Below are positions 13,001 through 26,116 of a stretch of DNA of 64,000 bases, in pieces. Numbering within the stretch: the stretch's first letter is position 1; the number at the start of each line of letters is the position of its first letter. The position numbers were made by a program, and so were the translations under genes. The stretch is from Tubiluchus corallicola (lineage: Eukaryota; Animalia; Priapulida), in NCBI GenBank assembly GCA_030141605.1, contig JAQGDQ010000290.1, positions 230,693 to 294,692 of the forward strand, in the 5' to 3' direction. The notes beneath the pieces are model-generated. The model worked only from the letters and a program-made list of their open reading frames with translations. It was not told the origin of the DNA and made no database searches.

Positions 13001-16000
13001 AACACTTCGGTCGCAAAGTGAGTCTATTAAGCGGCACCTACTGTAATATAAATTTTTGAACATTTAAGTGAAATAATTGTTGATAATTTATGCTGGGAAA
13101 CTCACCAACCTGTTTGCAGATCACACAGTAATTTTGCTTACACTTTGGCATAGTATTGTTCCTCAGCAGTTTATAACGTCTGAATGTATTTGTATACCTT
13201 TTAGCACTCCCTGACAAAGGCACAGCCAGTTCAGGCCAAGTATCAAGGTAGAGGCGGAGGCAAGTTGCTTGTTTCGCAAGATCGTAGGTTTTTAATCAAA
13301 ACAATCGATGGTGAAGAAGTGGAACAGATGCACAGTATACTAAAACCTTACCACCAGGTTTGTGAGGAGTGATTAACCCTTTCAGTCCCAAATTATTTTT
13401 TTAATAAGAAAAAATTTTTTCGTTTGGTACTTTTGTTCAGTATGTCCATCTTGTTTACACATAATAATTATTTTGTTCTACCTGTGCCCGCATGCTAAAT
13501 CTAGCCTGTATCCCACGGGATACATTGGGATTCAATGGAAGCATAAAATGTGCTTCATTTTGAAACTCCTGATAATTTTTTAAAGTATTTAAGACATTTA
13601 GTATGCACGCTATGCTAATCTGTACAAAGTCGTCTCTAAAGTACTGTACCTTGCGCAATTTTTTATGCTATGTAGATTTTCTAGTTTGCCATTTTATCAC
13701 CATTTTTAGTCTATTAGTTATTGGCTTAAATCAAAATAACTATTAACAGATCAAATAACTGTTAGTTTTAAAATTTTATGAATTTTAAAGGCAGAAAATA
13801 TTCTTGTATTCCATGGGATACAATGGGTATGAAAGGTTAACAGTTACATTATGAACAGTTAGCATTTTCTTACTAGCTAACTATGCAGTTGTAGTTTGTC
13901 ATTAAAACAAGTGACCGAATTTACTAATAGATATTTTTGGGCGTCTTTCTTTTGCATAGAAATCTGGTGCATTTGTAATTGACAATTTTGATACTTCCTA
14001 ATTTGACTATCAATATTCCAATATTTTCACATTTTTTCAACACAGAAGATCCATCTTTCTTATGTAGGCTCAATGTTTAGTTTAGTTTAGTGTAGTTTAT
14101 TATTATCACATTCAGTACAATATAACTACATTAAGCACACAGTGACATCAAAATTATTACGTCATACTGTCATACACTATCGTTATAATAAAAGAATAAT
14201 TGTACTGCAGTGGGCTAGAGCATCAAAGGCTTGTATAAGCCCACTGTCATGTGAACCCGATAAAAAAGAATGGATGAGTGAACAAAAAAAGAACTGGGAG
14301 AAAGGTTAGATCACACAGGAAGGGTAGAAGGATGTGTTAGTGGAAATGGTAGGAAGAAAGATAATAGATTGCGCTATGTTGACATCAGCTCTAAAGATTT
14401 ATCCATGATGCCTTGTTTTGCGTAATCTGTAGCTGCATGTCAGCACCTGCTCTCTGTTAAAAAGGGATATGTAGAAAACGCCTCCTTTTGATTACTCCTG
14501 TTTGTTATAACACTCGTACTAGTTTAACACCAATAACATATGTATTAAAAGTTTTTGATGAAATTACATTTAGAATTTTCATGATTTTTGTAAAGGCGTG
14601 GTTTAAAATGCCTTTAGCTGCATTATAATCGATCTCTTTTGGGTAATGTGATAACTGGGGTAATTTTCTCACTAGTCTGTGTAAATTACTTATAGGAAGA
14701 CTTTGTTCTTAATAGGTGCAATTATCCAAAGTATTTTATTAGCAAATTACAATTTTGCTTTTGAAGCTTCAGAGATTGCTACTAGTCAAGAAATATTGAT
14801 TTTTTTACATATTTTTTAGTATGTGGTGGAAAGTCATGGAGAAACTCTGTTGCCACAGTACCTAGGAATGTATCGTGTGACTGTAGATGGTGCTGACACC
14901 TATCTTTTAGTGATGAGGAATTTCTTCAGTCAGAACTTACAAGTGCATAGAATCTATGACCTAAAAGGCTCCACAGTAGACAGGAAGGCTACAGAGAAAG
15001 AAAAGGTAGGAGGTTTTATTATTGTTTGCCAACAATGAACTAGAATTGTGTATAATCAATTAAATAGCAGTAATTCAATTCAATTCAATTTATTTATTAA
15101 CTCTGCAAGAATTATCAAAACACAGTATTAGGAATACATGCAAGATCAGAGATCACTCTAACTCTAGATCAGAGATCACTCTAGGTCTAGATCGGAAATC
15201 ACTCTAGGTCTAGATCAGAGATCACTCTAGCTCTAGATCAGAGATCACACTTGCTCTAGATCAGAGATCACTCTAGCTCTAGATCAGAGATCACTCTAGG
15301 TCTAGATCAGAGATCACTCTAGGTCTAGATCAGAAATCACTCTAGCTCTAGATCAGAGATCACTCTAGCTCTAGATCAGAGATCACTCTAGCTCTAGATC
15401 AGAGATCACTCTAGCTCTAGATCAGAGATCACTCTAGCTGTAGATCAGAGATCACTCTAGCTCTAGATCAGAGATCACTCTAGCTCTAGATCAGAGATCA
15501 CTCTAGCTCCAGATCAGAGATCACTGTAGCTCTAGATCAGAGATCACTCTAGCTCCAGATCAGAGATCACTCTAGCTCTAGATCAGAGATCACTTTGAGA
15601 CTTAAATATCAATGTGGTTAAAACAATTTCGTAAATAGATTGTAATACAGTCAAACCTCATTATACCGCCAACCGTTACACTACCAAACTAGTTTACCGC
15701 CATCTGGTGGACAAATTAATGTACTTGTTCAATGCGGAAATACCGGCAGCAGTCTCGAATAATGCCACCAGCTTCTTGTTATAATACTAGCTGTCCGAGT
15801 CTGCTATAAGCTTTGCTGAGCCGTAGTCACTAGGCAGACGTTACGTGTCGTATAAAATAATGCATGTTATCGTATTTTGATTGTTTGCAAGCTGTACCGT
15901 ACGTCGTACAATCATAATGATACATTAATGTAAATGCGCCAAGCAGTCATAATGGTAACCGACAAGAAACATTTGGGTTTTTTCCCGCAAGAAACGAGGT

Positions 16001-19000
16001 ATTTGTTTGCATTCTAAGAACCATTCCAACAAGTCCCAGTTGTGATAACTTTTTTTGCACATACATGTTTAGTGGAACAGTTGGCTTACAGCGTGTTATA
16101 TAGTTGAGTACTTTACTATGTAAACAAAAATAACTTCTTTCTAAAAATTATTGGTTTTGAGTGAGTCAACTCACATATGATTAATTTAATAATTTTCTTT
16201 TAATTCATTAGCTTTTATTAGAGTGGAAAATAAGGCCCTAACCACTGTACACTTACCTGACTCTTCTGTGATTCGTCTATATTAAAATTTAAAACATCTT
16301 GTTATAACTGTTTTTTCTGGAGGTGACAAAGAGGTTTGAGTGTATATTTAATTGCTTTAACTACTTTAAAACTTAAGGAGATTTTATTATTGAGTTATAG
16401 CAAGTTTTAGGAGATAACGTTCTTTAACTTAAACAGGTTCACAAGTTTTAATATTAAACTGTAGCTTTCATTGTGGTCTCAGACGTCCGAAACTAATTTT
16501 ATATGCAAGTTGTGATAATTCTTTAGAGTAAAAACATGCCAACTTACAAAGACAACGATTTCGTGGAAGAGGAAGCGAAAATTTACCTTGGAAAGATCGC
16601 CAAGGATGAATTCTTGCAAAAACTTACTCGAGATGTAGAGGTAAGTATTCGTTAGTTTGCATCATCTGTGTCTTTTGCATCAAATGCTTTTCGTAATGCA
16701 TTAAAGGTGAGCAGTTTTTCTTTGATACAGTTCCAAACGTTGTTACCTTCTACACGCTTTTGTCTGGCAAGGTTTTATAAATACATGGAAATACGTCAAA
16801 ATAGAATTTATTGCCTACCGGTTTCGGCAATAAATTTAAGACATCTAAAACAATGAAATTTATCAGAACTTAGAAACAACATCAGAATACATTTCAGTAG
16901 TTAATAGCCGAAAGGTATATGATATAATATTATACAGATAATTTAACAATTTACCTTACAGACTACATATCTGGATTAGTATGAAACTATTTAATATTCC
17001 ACAAACGAAACGTTACATTACTAGTAACAGAACTGTCAGTATTAGGGAGCTGCCGTTTTGTTACTAACACATAAATCCACTAACCACAAGGCACTATTGG
17101 TGTTGTACAACCTCGAGTGCACTTCAGCGGTAAATAGTACATATACTCATCTTTGCTGTTTAACTTAGGCCCAATGTGTTTAATGTGTAATGCTTTCAGT
17201 ATTGACAAAAAACGGTAATTGTGTCTTTCGGCTAAGATTTTGATGTTGTTTGCTTCAAATGCTCGCTCACCTTCGTGAGATCTCTAAGGCAAATATACTG
17301 AATCGATTCACTTGTAATTTATAACAAGTTTATAATGATTTTGAGTTTCACCAAGGTTATGTATGCCTTTTTAACACATATGCAGCATTTTTCACTGAAA
17401 GATTTGCAATACTTTTTAATAATTTAACTTTGAATTTGCTTGTAAGTTTCAATGTAATATTTTTGACTAATGACAGCCTAAGGAAAAAAAACAAAGTACG
17501 GGTTTTAGAAGTAATACTGGTGATTGTTATACTAGCAGAGAACATGGAATTACTCAACAGGCTATGCTAAACTTATTTACTTTTTATAGTTTCTGACAAA
17601 ACTTCGCTTGATGGATTACTCGCTATTAGTCGGGATTCACGATGGTGATACAGCTGCCCTTGAAGCTGAGAATCATTCAGAAAAAGAGTCTAAAACCAAA
17701 CGTCATCAGTCAGAGACAGAAACTTCCGAGTCGGACGCATCCCCACCTCCGAGTCCTAACGTGGAAGGAAATTCTTTCAATTTCGATTTGGTATTTCATC
17801 CAGAATTGGATAAATATGGGTTTCCTTCCGTCGAAGGTTTGTATTAATTCAGGTTTGTTGTTAATTAATGAGTTGAATTACTTTGCGTATGGATTCATGA
17901 TACTTGCTTTTGTGATTTGCTGATTAATATTGTGTATGTATGTAGTCGTATATGTGTGTATTGTAGTAGTCTGACCAGACTGTTTCGTCTAGTGGTAATG
18001 TGTCTGCTTTCCGTCTGGGAGGTCTTGAGTTCGAACCAGCGGCCGGGTCATACCAAAGACTATAAAAATGGTACATGCTGTTGCCCTGCCTGACGCATGG
18101 TATTTAGGGTAAAAATGGGGTAATAATAGTCTCTGTTATGTAGTTGTAGGTTGTTATTTATAGTCGGCAATAATAGCTCTTTGAGCTAATGTTAATTGTT
18201 GACCCAAAAGCCGACTTTAAATAAAAATTATTATTATTATGTATACTACATAAAAAGTACATATACACATGTACAGTATATACGTATGTGCAGTGATGTC
18301 TCACTTAATGATCATAATGCATTCCAGCAAAAACTTATGGTCGTATTTTCTATAGCAAACACAGTGGGAGCCGTTTAATAGACTCATGGTTAATAGAATC
18401 AATTGGCAAATTGACTCAGAAACGTCTGGTACGGGTTGCTCCAATTCAAGTGTTCTGACTAGTAGTAGTATTCCTTTGGACCTCATTCGACAGCAGGCAT
18501 CTAGTTTAACCCAGACTAGGAGTAAAACTGCTGATTACTTCAGAGTAAAAATGTCCTAAAGACTGCTTAAACATTTGCATAAACATTATTAGCATAACTA
18601 CCAGTAGTAAAATGTCTTGTAATTGGGATGAGTTTGAATAAACATCGATTTTTGTATTCAGTTCAAGACGATTGGATGTGTTTGCATTAAATCGGTATAT
18701 AACATACATTGCGACAAACGGTTCATTGGGTATTAGGCTACCAGATGAGGTATATAGAGCTTGCAGGTCTAGATGCACCATCGGTCTGACTCAATTTCGG
18801 CTATAAGGGACGATTTTTTCCCGGTCCGGAGGTGTCCGTTATATCCGAGGTTGACTCTGCTGCATTGAGAGTGTGTTAATCTTGCTTTAACTTTTGGTAC
18901 TAATGGTAGCACCGAAATGCTTCCAATGAGTAAAAATTGAAACAAGTACAACGGAAACTTCTGCATAATTTGCCTGGTTAATCAGCTGTTGAGTAATAAA

Positions 19001-19348
19001 GAAATGACAGTTTTAAGTTGCCAAACAACGTTTCGCAAAATGCAACAAATTTCTCCATGGCACTAACTACTCGTTATCGCTAATATCTTACTAAATTGCT
19101 GGATATGTAGTTATTTTTTAGTTGATATTAAATAATTTCACTTAAATAATTTCTTTTATAAAGATGCACCCAAGAAACAGGTGTATTTTATGGCGTTGAT
19201 TGAAATACTTACGGAATACGGCGCTTCCAAGAGGACAGCTCATGCCGTAAAGACCGTGAAGCATGGCACGGGAGCAGAGATTTCGACCGTCAGCCCAGAG
19301 CAGTATTCTCGAAGACTCGTAGAGTTCATGACAAAAGCCATCGAGTAA
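6873..19348 (+). CDS. PIP4K2: Phosphatidylinositol 5-phosphate 4-kinase (type II PIP kinase), 8 exons, 409 aa: join(6873-7022,10377-10474,11639-11735,13205-13357,14820-15005,16527-16640,17590-17836,19164-19348)
   Basis: All junctions are GT-AG and in phase (1230 nt). Motifs: [74 protein letters not shown], and the type II activation loop [18 protein letters not shown]. Confidence 0.95.
8165..8635 (+). mobile_element. PIF/Harbinger-type MITE, 3'-truncated copy
   Basis: TAA-GACCTGTGTCACACAGAG start; near-identical to 21675-22150. Confidence 0.7.
10377..10474 (+). CDS. PIP4K2: PIP4K2 exon 2
   Basis: ttgcag|[32 protein letters not shown](K)|gtgtgt. Confidence 0.92.
11639..11735 (+). CDS. PIP4K2: PIP4K2 exon 3
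   Basis: tttcag|[32 protein letters not shown]|gtaatt. Confidence 0.92.
12400..13043. mobile_element. Tc1/mariner (pogo/Tigger-type) MITE with triplicated left end
   Basis: TA-CAGTAGGCGCCGTTTAATAGACTC ... GAGTCTATTAAGCGGCACCTACTG-TA; left ~93 bp repeated at 12400, 12493, 12591; related fragment at 18361. Confidence 0.78.
13205..13357 (+). CDS. PIP4K2: PIP4K2 exon 4
   Basis: ttttag|HSLTKAQP...[38 protein letters not shown]|gtttgt. Confidence 0.92.
13377..13836. mobile_element. piggyBac-like MITE (family B)
   Basis: TTAA-CCCTTTCA ... TGAAAGG-TTAA. Confidence 0.6.
14820..15005 (+). CDS. PIP4K2: PIP4K2 exon 5
   Basis: ttttag|[19 protein letters not shown]...MRNFFS...[17 protein letters not shown]|gtagga. 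Confidence 0.93.
15143..15594. repeat. 23-bp minisatellite, ~19.5 copies (AGATCAGAGATCACTCTAGCTCT)
   Basis: Direct tandem period 23 in PIP4K2 intron 5. Confidence 0.95.
15649..16342. mobile_element. Tigger/pogo-like MITE
   Basis: TA-CAGTCAAACCTC ... GAGGTTTGAGTG-TA. Confidence 0.55.
16527..16640 (+). CDS. PIP4K2: PIP4K2 exon 6
   Basis: ctttag|[38 protein letters not shown]|gtaagt. Confidence 0.93.
17590..17836 (+). CDS. PIP4K2: PIP4K2 exon 7
   Basis: ttatag|[18 protein letters not shown] + acidic/Pro insert ...FPSVE|gtttgt. Confidence 0.92.
17973..18240 (+). mobile_element. tRNA-derived SINE with (ATT)n tail
   Basis: A-box-like TCGTCTAGTGG, B box GTTCGAACC (18029-18037), core GGTCATACCAAAGACTATAAAAATGGTAC; other copies at 54761-55038 (minus) and 46191-46732. 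Confidence 0.8.
19164..19348 (+). CDS. PIP4K2: PIP4K2 exon 8 (terminal)
   Basis: tataaag|(D)[60 protein letters not shown]. Confidence 0.92.
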
Positions 19349-21674
19349 GGATTTAGTTCACTTTTGTTCACTATCGTGTTATATTATGCTAGATCTGAGC
19401 GTTGTGTTGTCTATTGTTAGCAAGTTTAATTATTCCCTTTTCACGATTTTTCACATATTCATAGCAAGTATAATCTACATAATTGCTTCTAGTGTTTTTC
19501 ATTATTCACTAAGGTTATTAAGTAAAAAACATTCCATTATAAATTGCATATCTGCAAACATGTTTTTTCGTAGTTCAGCACATTTTTTCGTGGCTCAGCA
19601 CATTTTTTCGTGGCTCAACACATTTTTTCGTGGCTCAGCACATCTTAAATTGTGTTTTTCATTAAAGCAGTGTTGCAAGAAGACAATATTAGACTGTTTT
19701 TCATACTTTGAACCGTATAATTGAATAAAGTTGGACAAAAACATTTCTAAAGACGTGTTAATCTGTTGAAAGACGTGCTGAACTACCCGAATACGTGTTT
19801 GTTGGTCAGGCACTTTATTTAAGTACAAAATCTTTTTATTTTTCTGTGTTGTCAAAAGTTTATTGGCAATTTTGTTTTCGTAAATTTATTTTATCTTTGC
19901 TTTTTCTTATATTATATCTTTTCTATTTTATTTCTTTAAAATTAGATAGCTTTTATAAAATCTTTACCATACATGCCACAGGAACCTGACAAAAACATGT
20001 TAAATTTTAGCATCATTTTTTAGAAATTCGTACCTAATACCTAAGTGCCCCATATTAATTTATAACAAGTTCGAAAATTCCTCTTACATTGCAGTCGAGT
20101 CATTTATACATAGTTGCTTGTATTCAGTTAGCGTTTCGTAATCGTGTACTAAATAAATTCAAAAATTGTCGTATTTTGTTAAACTTATGCGTGATAAAAG
20201 TTGATTTCATTTCATAATTGTGTAAATGTGTAGTAAATAAATTCAAAAATTGGCATTTGTTAAACGTATGTGATAAAAAATGATTTTATTTCATAATTAT
20301 GTACAAATTGGTTGTTTGGTTAGACGAGCGGGTTCAAATAATTATGCTTAATTATAACTAGTCAAAGCTTCAGATTTCTTATAGGCATTTGGCTAATTTT
20401 GTATGTAATTCTGGTGTGCTAATCTGTTTAACTTTGCACTGCTATATTATTTTAGCCAAACTATTCTGAAATTATATAATTCAATTTTTCAAGATTTAAC
20501 ATAATTATTATTTTGTGGTCATGTATTTCATTAGTGTTTTTCATCCTTTGCTATTGCTAGCATTTTAGATCTGAGAATATGTTCATATTATCAACCGCTG
20601 CTTTTTAGTTATTTTTAACTTAATTATTAGAACTTTATAGACAGATTTTTATAATATGTGCCATATCAATAAGTCTAACAGAAAAAGCCTGGGAAAAAAT
20701 TAAAGTTTAGAGAAAGAAAACTTATAGAAATGCTGCAAACTGTGCTTAATCTGTTATGTTTGAGTGTCATCTGTAATGTTATCTGATTTTCACTGTGTTC
20801 ACTCTAGTTAGCTGTGTTTTGTCGTGGTCCTTTTTTCATGCATTTAACATTTTTTTTGCTAAAATCTATATCTGTGTTCTACCGTATTCCTCGCGTCCTT
20901 AATAGTTGGCATTTGACTTGTGGATGTTTAATATTATCCTAAATTTTCTAGTCCCTGCACCTGCTTCTGTCAGGGACGTAGCCAGGTTCTAAAGTTAGGG
21001 GGAACAAGCACATAAAAAAGGTGTCGTGACACATCCAAACAATTTTTGTGCCTTGATTATACATTTTAACTTTGTGTTTGAAATCAAAACACGAGGAAGA
21101 TACAGTTTTAAAGGAAGTACATAATTGTTATTTTGTACTTGAATGCTTTCTCATTTCTAAAACTCGGCAGGCAGGTTGGTCAAATGAAGTAATGACTCCA
21201 AAAAATTCTTGCAAGGCCATGTGATTAAAAATAAATTTAGACTTTCATTGCACACGTGTAGTAAAAAGTTAAAAAAGATTTGTTGAAAAGGTGCCAATTT
21301 TGAAAAATGCGGTGTTCTCTCCTTGCTCCTCTGTTAGTTACACGGTTACTTTCTGTCTGTAAAAGTTTTCTTAATTCACTGTCCTTAATTACATATCAGC
21401 AATGAAGTAATTCAGACATGTAGTTATCAACACTAGCAGTCACTGCTTAGCCACTTTTTATTCCAATTGATCATTGAAACTAGTGCAATGTCCAGCATTT
21501 TGTTTTGTCTACTGTCTATGTGACTTTTGCATTTAAGCTTTCCTCAGTGACTTTGGTGTGTCTAACGATGTCGTAGGCTATGGACTATTGTCTGCTGTTG
21601 ATAGCTGCGCAGGTTGGTTAGCAAAGTTGTTTTACGCAATTTGAAATAAATGTTAAGTTTGTTGTTAACTCTAA

Positions 21675-22257
21675 GGCCTGTGTCACACAGAGCTGATCAT
21701 AATCCGTAAGGCATAAGCTGTGAGGAGAAAAAGCCGCGTCATGAAAAATGAACGTGCGCTAACCAGTGGTCCCTGTCATACAGATAATCCATTTGCTATT
21801 TTCTACTGCAGTTTGCCTACCGTAAGCCATCAGCCATAATCTGTGGTAGGTTCCTCACAATCCATTTTGAGCAGTTCATAAAGCACCTTTTTGTGAAATG
21901 AATTTGGCCATTAATTTCGTTTGCCATAAGGTGTTTTGGGTTCGTTAACGTGGTAATTAGCAGGTTTGTGGTTTTTACAGTTCACAGTTCATTTATACCA
22001 TAAAAATTCCTAAAAGAATGGTCTCATAAACGTTAAAAAGCAATTTTTAAGCATGACATTTCACTAATACTGCAATTAGATATGTGCATTGCTGAAACAG
22101 ATTAGTGCAAAATGCCTTACTATTGACTACGTCTTACTGTTTATACGGAGTAAGAAGCATACTGATATATGCCTTATGGAAGATGGAAGACATCTTATGG
22201 CTTACCTATTATGGATCATGGTTTGCTTTTTATACCGTTCTCTGTGTGACACTGGTC
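21675..22257 (+). mobile_element. PIF/Harbinger-type MITE, full copy
   Basis: TIRs GGCCTGTGTCACACAGAG / CTCTGTGTGACACTGGTC with TAA on both sides (3-bp TSD). Confidence 0.8.
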
Positions 22258-24525
22258 TAACACATATGTGTCTCCAAATATGTTGTAACATTATGATGTT
22301 CTGTGAAAAAGAAATAAATGAGAAGTTTTTAAACTGAACTTGTCATTTTTTCGCACACATAATCACTTTGTCGTTGTCACAAAGCCACAGTGTTGTTGTC
22401 ATTATTGTTGCCTTTTGTTACCTGTTTAGTAGGGCGGGATTTCCCTACTTGTGGGCCCTAGGTCAAATTCATCAGTGGGCCCCCGAATTTAAAGAAATGT
22501 TACCCATAGCCCACCCGGTTGAAGATCACTATATGTAAGGCTATACTTCTTGTACAGGGGCTCCATACTTCGGGCCTTCTGCTCATTGTACGGGGCCCTT
22601 GTGATTTTGAATATATTATAATGATGAAATACCCGGTGAATACTTGAAAAAAGGTTATACCCTGGCACACTGTGTGACAAATTTGTTTCAGTGGGCCTCC
22701 AGCTACCCCTAGGCCAATGACTTAGCCTGTCTATTGGTAAATCCGGCCCTGTTACTTACAGGTGATTAAAACTCTAAAACAGTAAAACTAAAATATCAAG
22801 CAGGAAAGTTAGAATTAACCATTCTGAAGTGCTGCTGGAAATATGGTGCCGCACAAGCGCCGCCAGACAGATGCACTGAAGCACGTGCGTTCACTGAATT
22901 TAAATTAATAAAAAATTATGGCTAAATAAAATTTTTTAGCAGTAAACCAAGAAACATATCAACCCTTGTTTGTTTGCACAATAATGATGAGTTTTAAACT
23001 AGTGAACTTGCTGGGGGGGGGGAGCTTCTAGCAACCGGAAATGACCTAAAATGCATGTGTGGCCGAGACGTTCTGCGGGTTAGCTGTGTCCAGTGGGAAA
23101 AATTAGCACGCACGCAAACTTATTAAATTTTGTATGAACAGTGGGGTGGACTGTAAACTTAACAGTCTCAAATCAGTTTTATGTTTGATCCACATTTTGC
23201 TGGACAGATAATCTTGACACTAAATAAATTAAGCTTAAGTACTGGGTCATCCGCATTGCAGTGCATTACGAACTTGTTTTTAAGATATACGACTACTACA
23301 ATAGAATACAATGAATATTACCTAGGTAAATGTAGGTAAAATATATTTATTAAAGGAGAATTTTTCACGTTTGAGGAAGTCTGTGTATCAAAATTTAGAT
23401 CTCATTTGAGGCCTCCAGAATGTGTTGGTAGCTGGGGATCCGCCTCGGACATCGCTGGGTGGCGCTTACAGCGCTCCCCCACACCCCCTAGCTGTAAGAT
23501 TCGGCGATGCCCATGTACTGCCGTGCAAAAATAATAAAAGGCAGTAAATACATTGTCTAGTTTTTGAGAAAAATGTAATTGAAGCCTGCATTGTTGCCCA
23601 ACATTGAAGCCTGCATTGTTTCCCAACATTGAAGCCTGCATTGTTGCCGTCAAATAATTGCACCACTAATGGATACCATTTCTAAAGTACTAATGAAGGT
23701 GGAATTTTCACACAACATAAATTATGATAATGGCTGTTATTGTGCTATTTGAAAATTAAATTAAAAGATACAACCTATTGACTTGACAAATACTATTCCT
23801 TATTTTGTTGGCTTAACAATGTAGTAGTAGTAAATCTCCAGTAGTTATAATATGACTGTAATTGCGATAAATTGCACCAGTGTAATTTTGCCACAAAGCC
23901 AAATAGCAGTATTTGCATTTAAATTTGTGTTATAATGGAAGATAGGCCATAAAAGTACACAAAGATATTGTTATTTAGTCTGCAGAAAAATCGAAATTAT
24001 TTCTTGTATAGTGAGGTGCATTTATTTCTTGTAAAGAGCCAGTTCTGATAAGAGCTGTGTAGTTACTGTCTTTGTTTCTGTAATGGGGTTCGTTTTTGCA
24101 CATCCTATCACTGGAAATCACTCATTGCGTAGAAAATACAGCTAACAATGAAATTTCTTTATAATGGCGTGAAAGAGCGCCACCTGTTCGGATTGCATCA
24201 AAACTTCAATTTTGTTGAAATTGTAGTTACTGCTTTTTATTTTGCCTGGCGTTACAAGTATGTAGTAAATTTCCGTTGTATCTCTCACTAAGTTATACTG
24301 AATTGGAATGTACACACAATATCATTGCAAAGGAGAAATAACTTCTGTCCTTAAAACAGAGTCTATCCTTAAAACAGATATGCTCAGATGCAGATTCCAT
24401 TGCTTAAGAAATTACTTATTGTAGTTGAGATAAAAGTTTTCCTTAATGTCTTACTTTTGCAGATCAAAAGTAGCACTTGCTTACAGTGATGTCGTCTTTG
24501 ACTCTATGCTAAGCACGCAGATGAG

Positions 24526-24949
24526 CAGGGGCGTATTAAGCAGTAAGCTGGCTACGCTGTAGCCTAGGGTGCCAAAGTTTGAGGAACATCACATTTTAGA
24601 AAAAATTCTTATCTGGAAAATTTTCATCGTATACTCATAATCATGTAAAGGGCGCATTTTTTATAGCACACCACTGGCAGTTACTGAGTGCAGCTTTTAT
24701 ATAAGTGCCACATAACGAACAGGTGCAAGGTGTTACACAACAAGCAGTTGTGCAGCCTGCTTGAATATAAGCGCTATGCAAATACATGTAATTAATAATG
24801 ACCACCTACAAACTAGATTACTAATGTTTTTAATACGCCACAAGTAATTGTTTAATCTACTCATTACATAAACAACCATAAATTCACAATAGAAATGGGC
24901 GGGACAGAACTATCAACTTAGGGCGTCGTAAACTCTTGATATGCCCCTG
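24526..24949. mobile_element. hAT-type MITE
   Basis: TIR CAGGGGCGTAT / ATATGCCCCTG; 8-bp TSD CAGATGAG / CAGACGAG. Confidence 0.72.
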
Positions 24950-26116
24950 CAGACGAGTTACATAATTATTAATCTATTAAATTTTAGTATTATCAATAAT
25001 ATCTGTAATCACTGACGGCCTTTATTATGGTTTTTCATAAACAGCATGCACGAACTGATGCATGTCTCACTGAGCTCTTGTTTCCAAATTCTAACACCTA
25101 ATGTATTGCCCGAGTATAGATCTATATACGTATAACGAGTATGGCTTCACTTTTAGGTGCTAGATGACTATTAATTCTTAATAGCAATTACTATGACTAT
25201 TATTCACGTAATCGAGGGTAAGCTAAACATTGTGCTGTACATTTTTACTCGTTAAAGATGGTAATTAAATAACTAATAGGTTACCATAAACAGCAGCTGT
25301 ACGTGGCAAAGAGTAATCTATGATCTAGCTACAGTAGTTATAAGTCTAATTGTTTTCCTAGCAAAAAGTCTTCGAAATGGAACTTGGGACTTCACAATCG
25401 ACACTCACTTTATTACGAATGTTAAAAAGTACTTAACATATTTGTGGCATTTCTGCTTTCCAATCATAGGATAATATAATTATACTATTTCCACAAGGGC
25501 TTCAACGACTTCATAATTCTGTTCGCATGCCTGAAAGTGAAAGGTCAAATTTTGCGCACTTTATAAATTTCAGTTTCACACAAAAACATAGAGCAAATGT
25601 ACCAACTAAGATTTTCTGATACTTTCAACTTTTTCTTGATGGTTTACATAAGAAGAAATCTGGTGTGAGGTTGTCATTTCCGAAGAAAATCTGTAACTTC
25701 ATTTCGCGCATTTTACTCGCTAGATGACGCCAGGAACTCTTTAATCACTTGTCACAGTAGCATTTGCGTTTGGTTATCATCTGTCACATTATCAGCCTGT
25801 GTAGCATTGTTTACAAATTCAGGGTCACAAGAGACCACGTGGTATCCAAGGAAGCCGTTGCTAGTGCGTTTGTTTAGCCTGTGATTTTCCGAGGTTTCAC
25901 GAGGAAAACGAAACAAAGTGTTCTGGGGAAAAATGCAACTTCGAGGCCGATTTCATTAGGAATCGTGACATGAAATTCAATAGAATTAGTGTAAAATTTT
26001 AAGCCACAGTTAGCTCTTTTAATCAAAGCAAATTGTTTTTACTTTAAATTTGGCCTTTAATATAATTATTTAATGGCAATTATTAGATGTTGAGCAATAA
26101 TTTTATATTCAATACT

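Noticed and set aside
17973-18045. tRNA gene
   Set aside because: A/B boxes run directly into a SINE body and tail repeated elsewhere; no full cloverleaf
22430-22751. hAT-like MITE with AGGGCGGGATTT / AAATCCGGCCCT ends
   Set aside because: Probably real but no TSD is recoverable, so it was not listed as a supported feature
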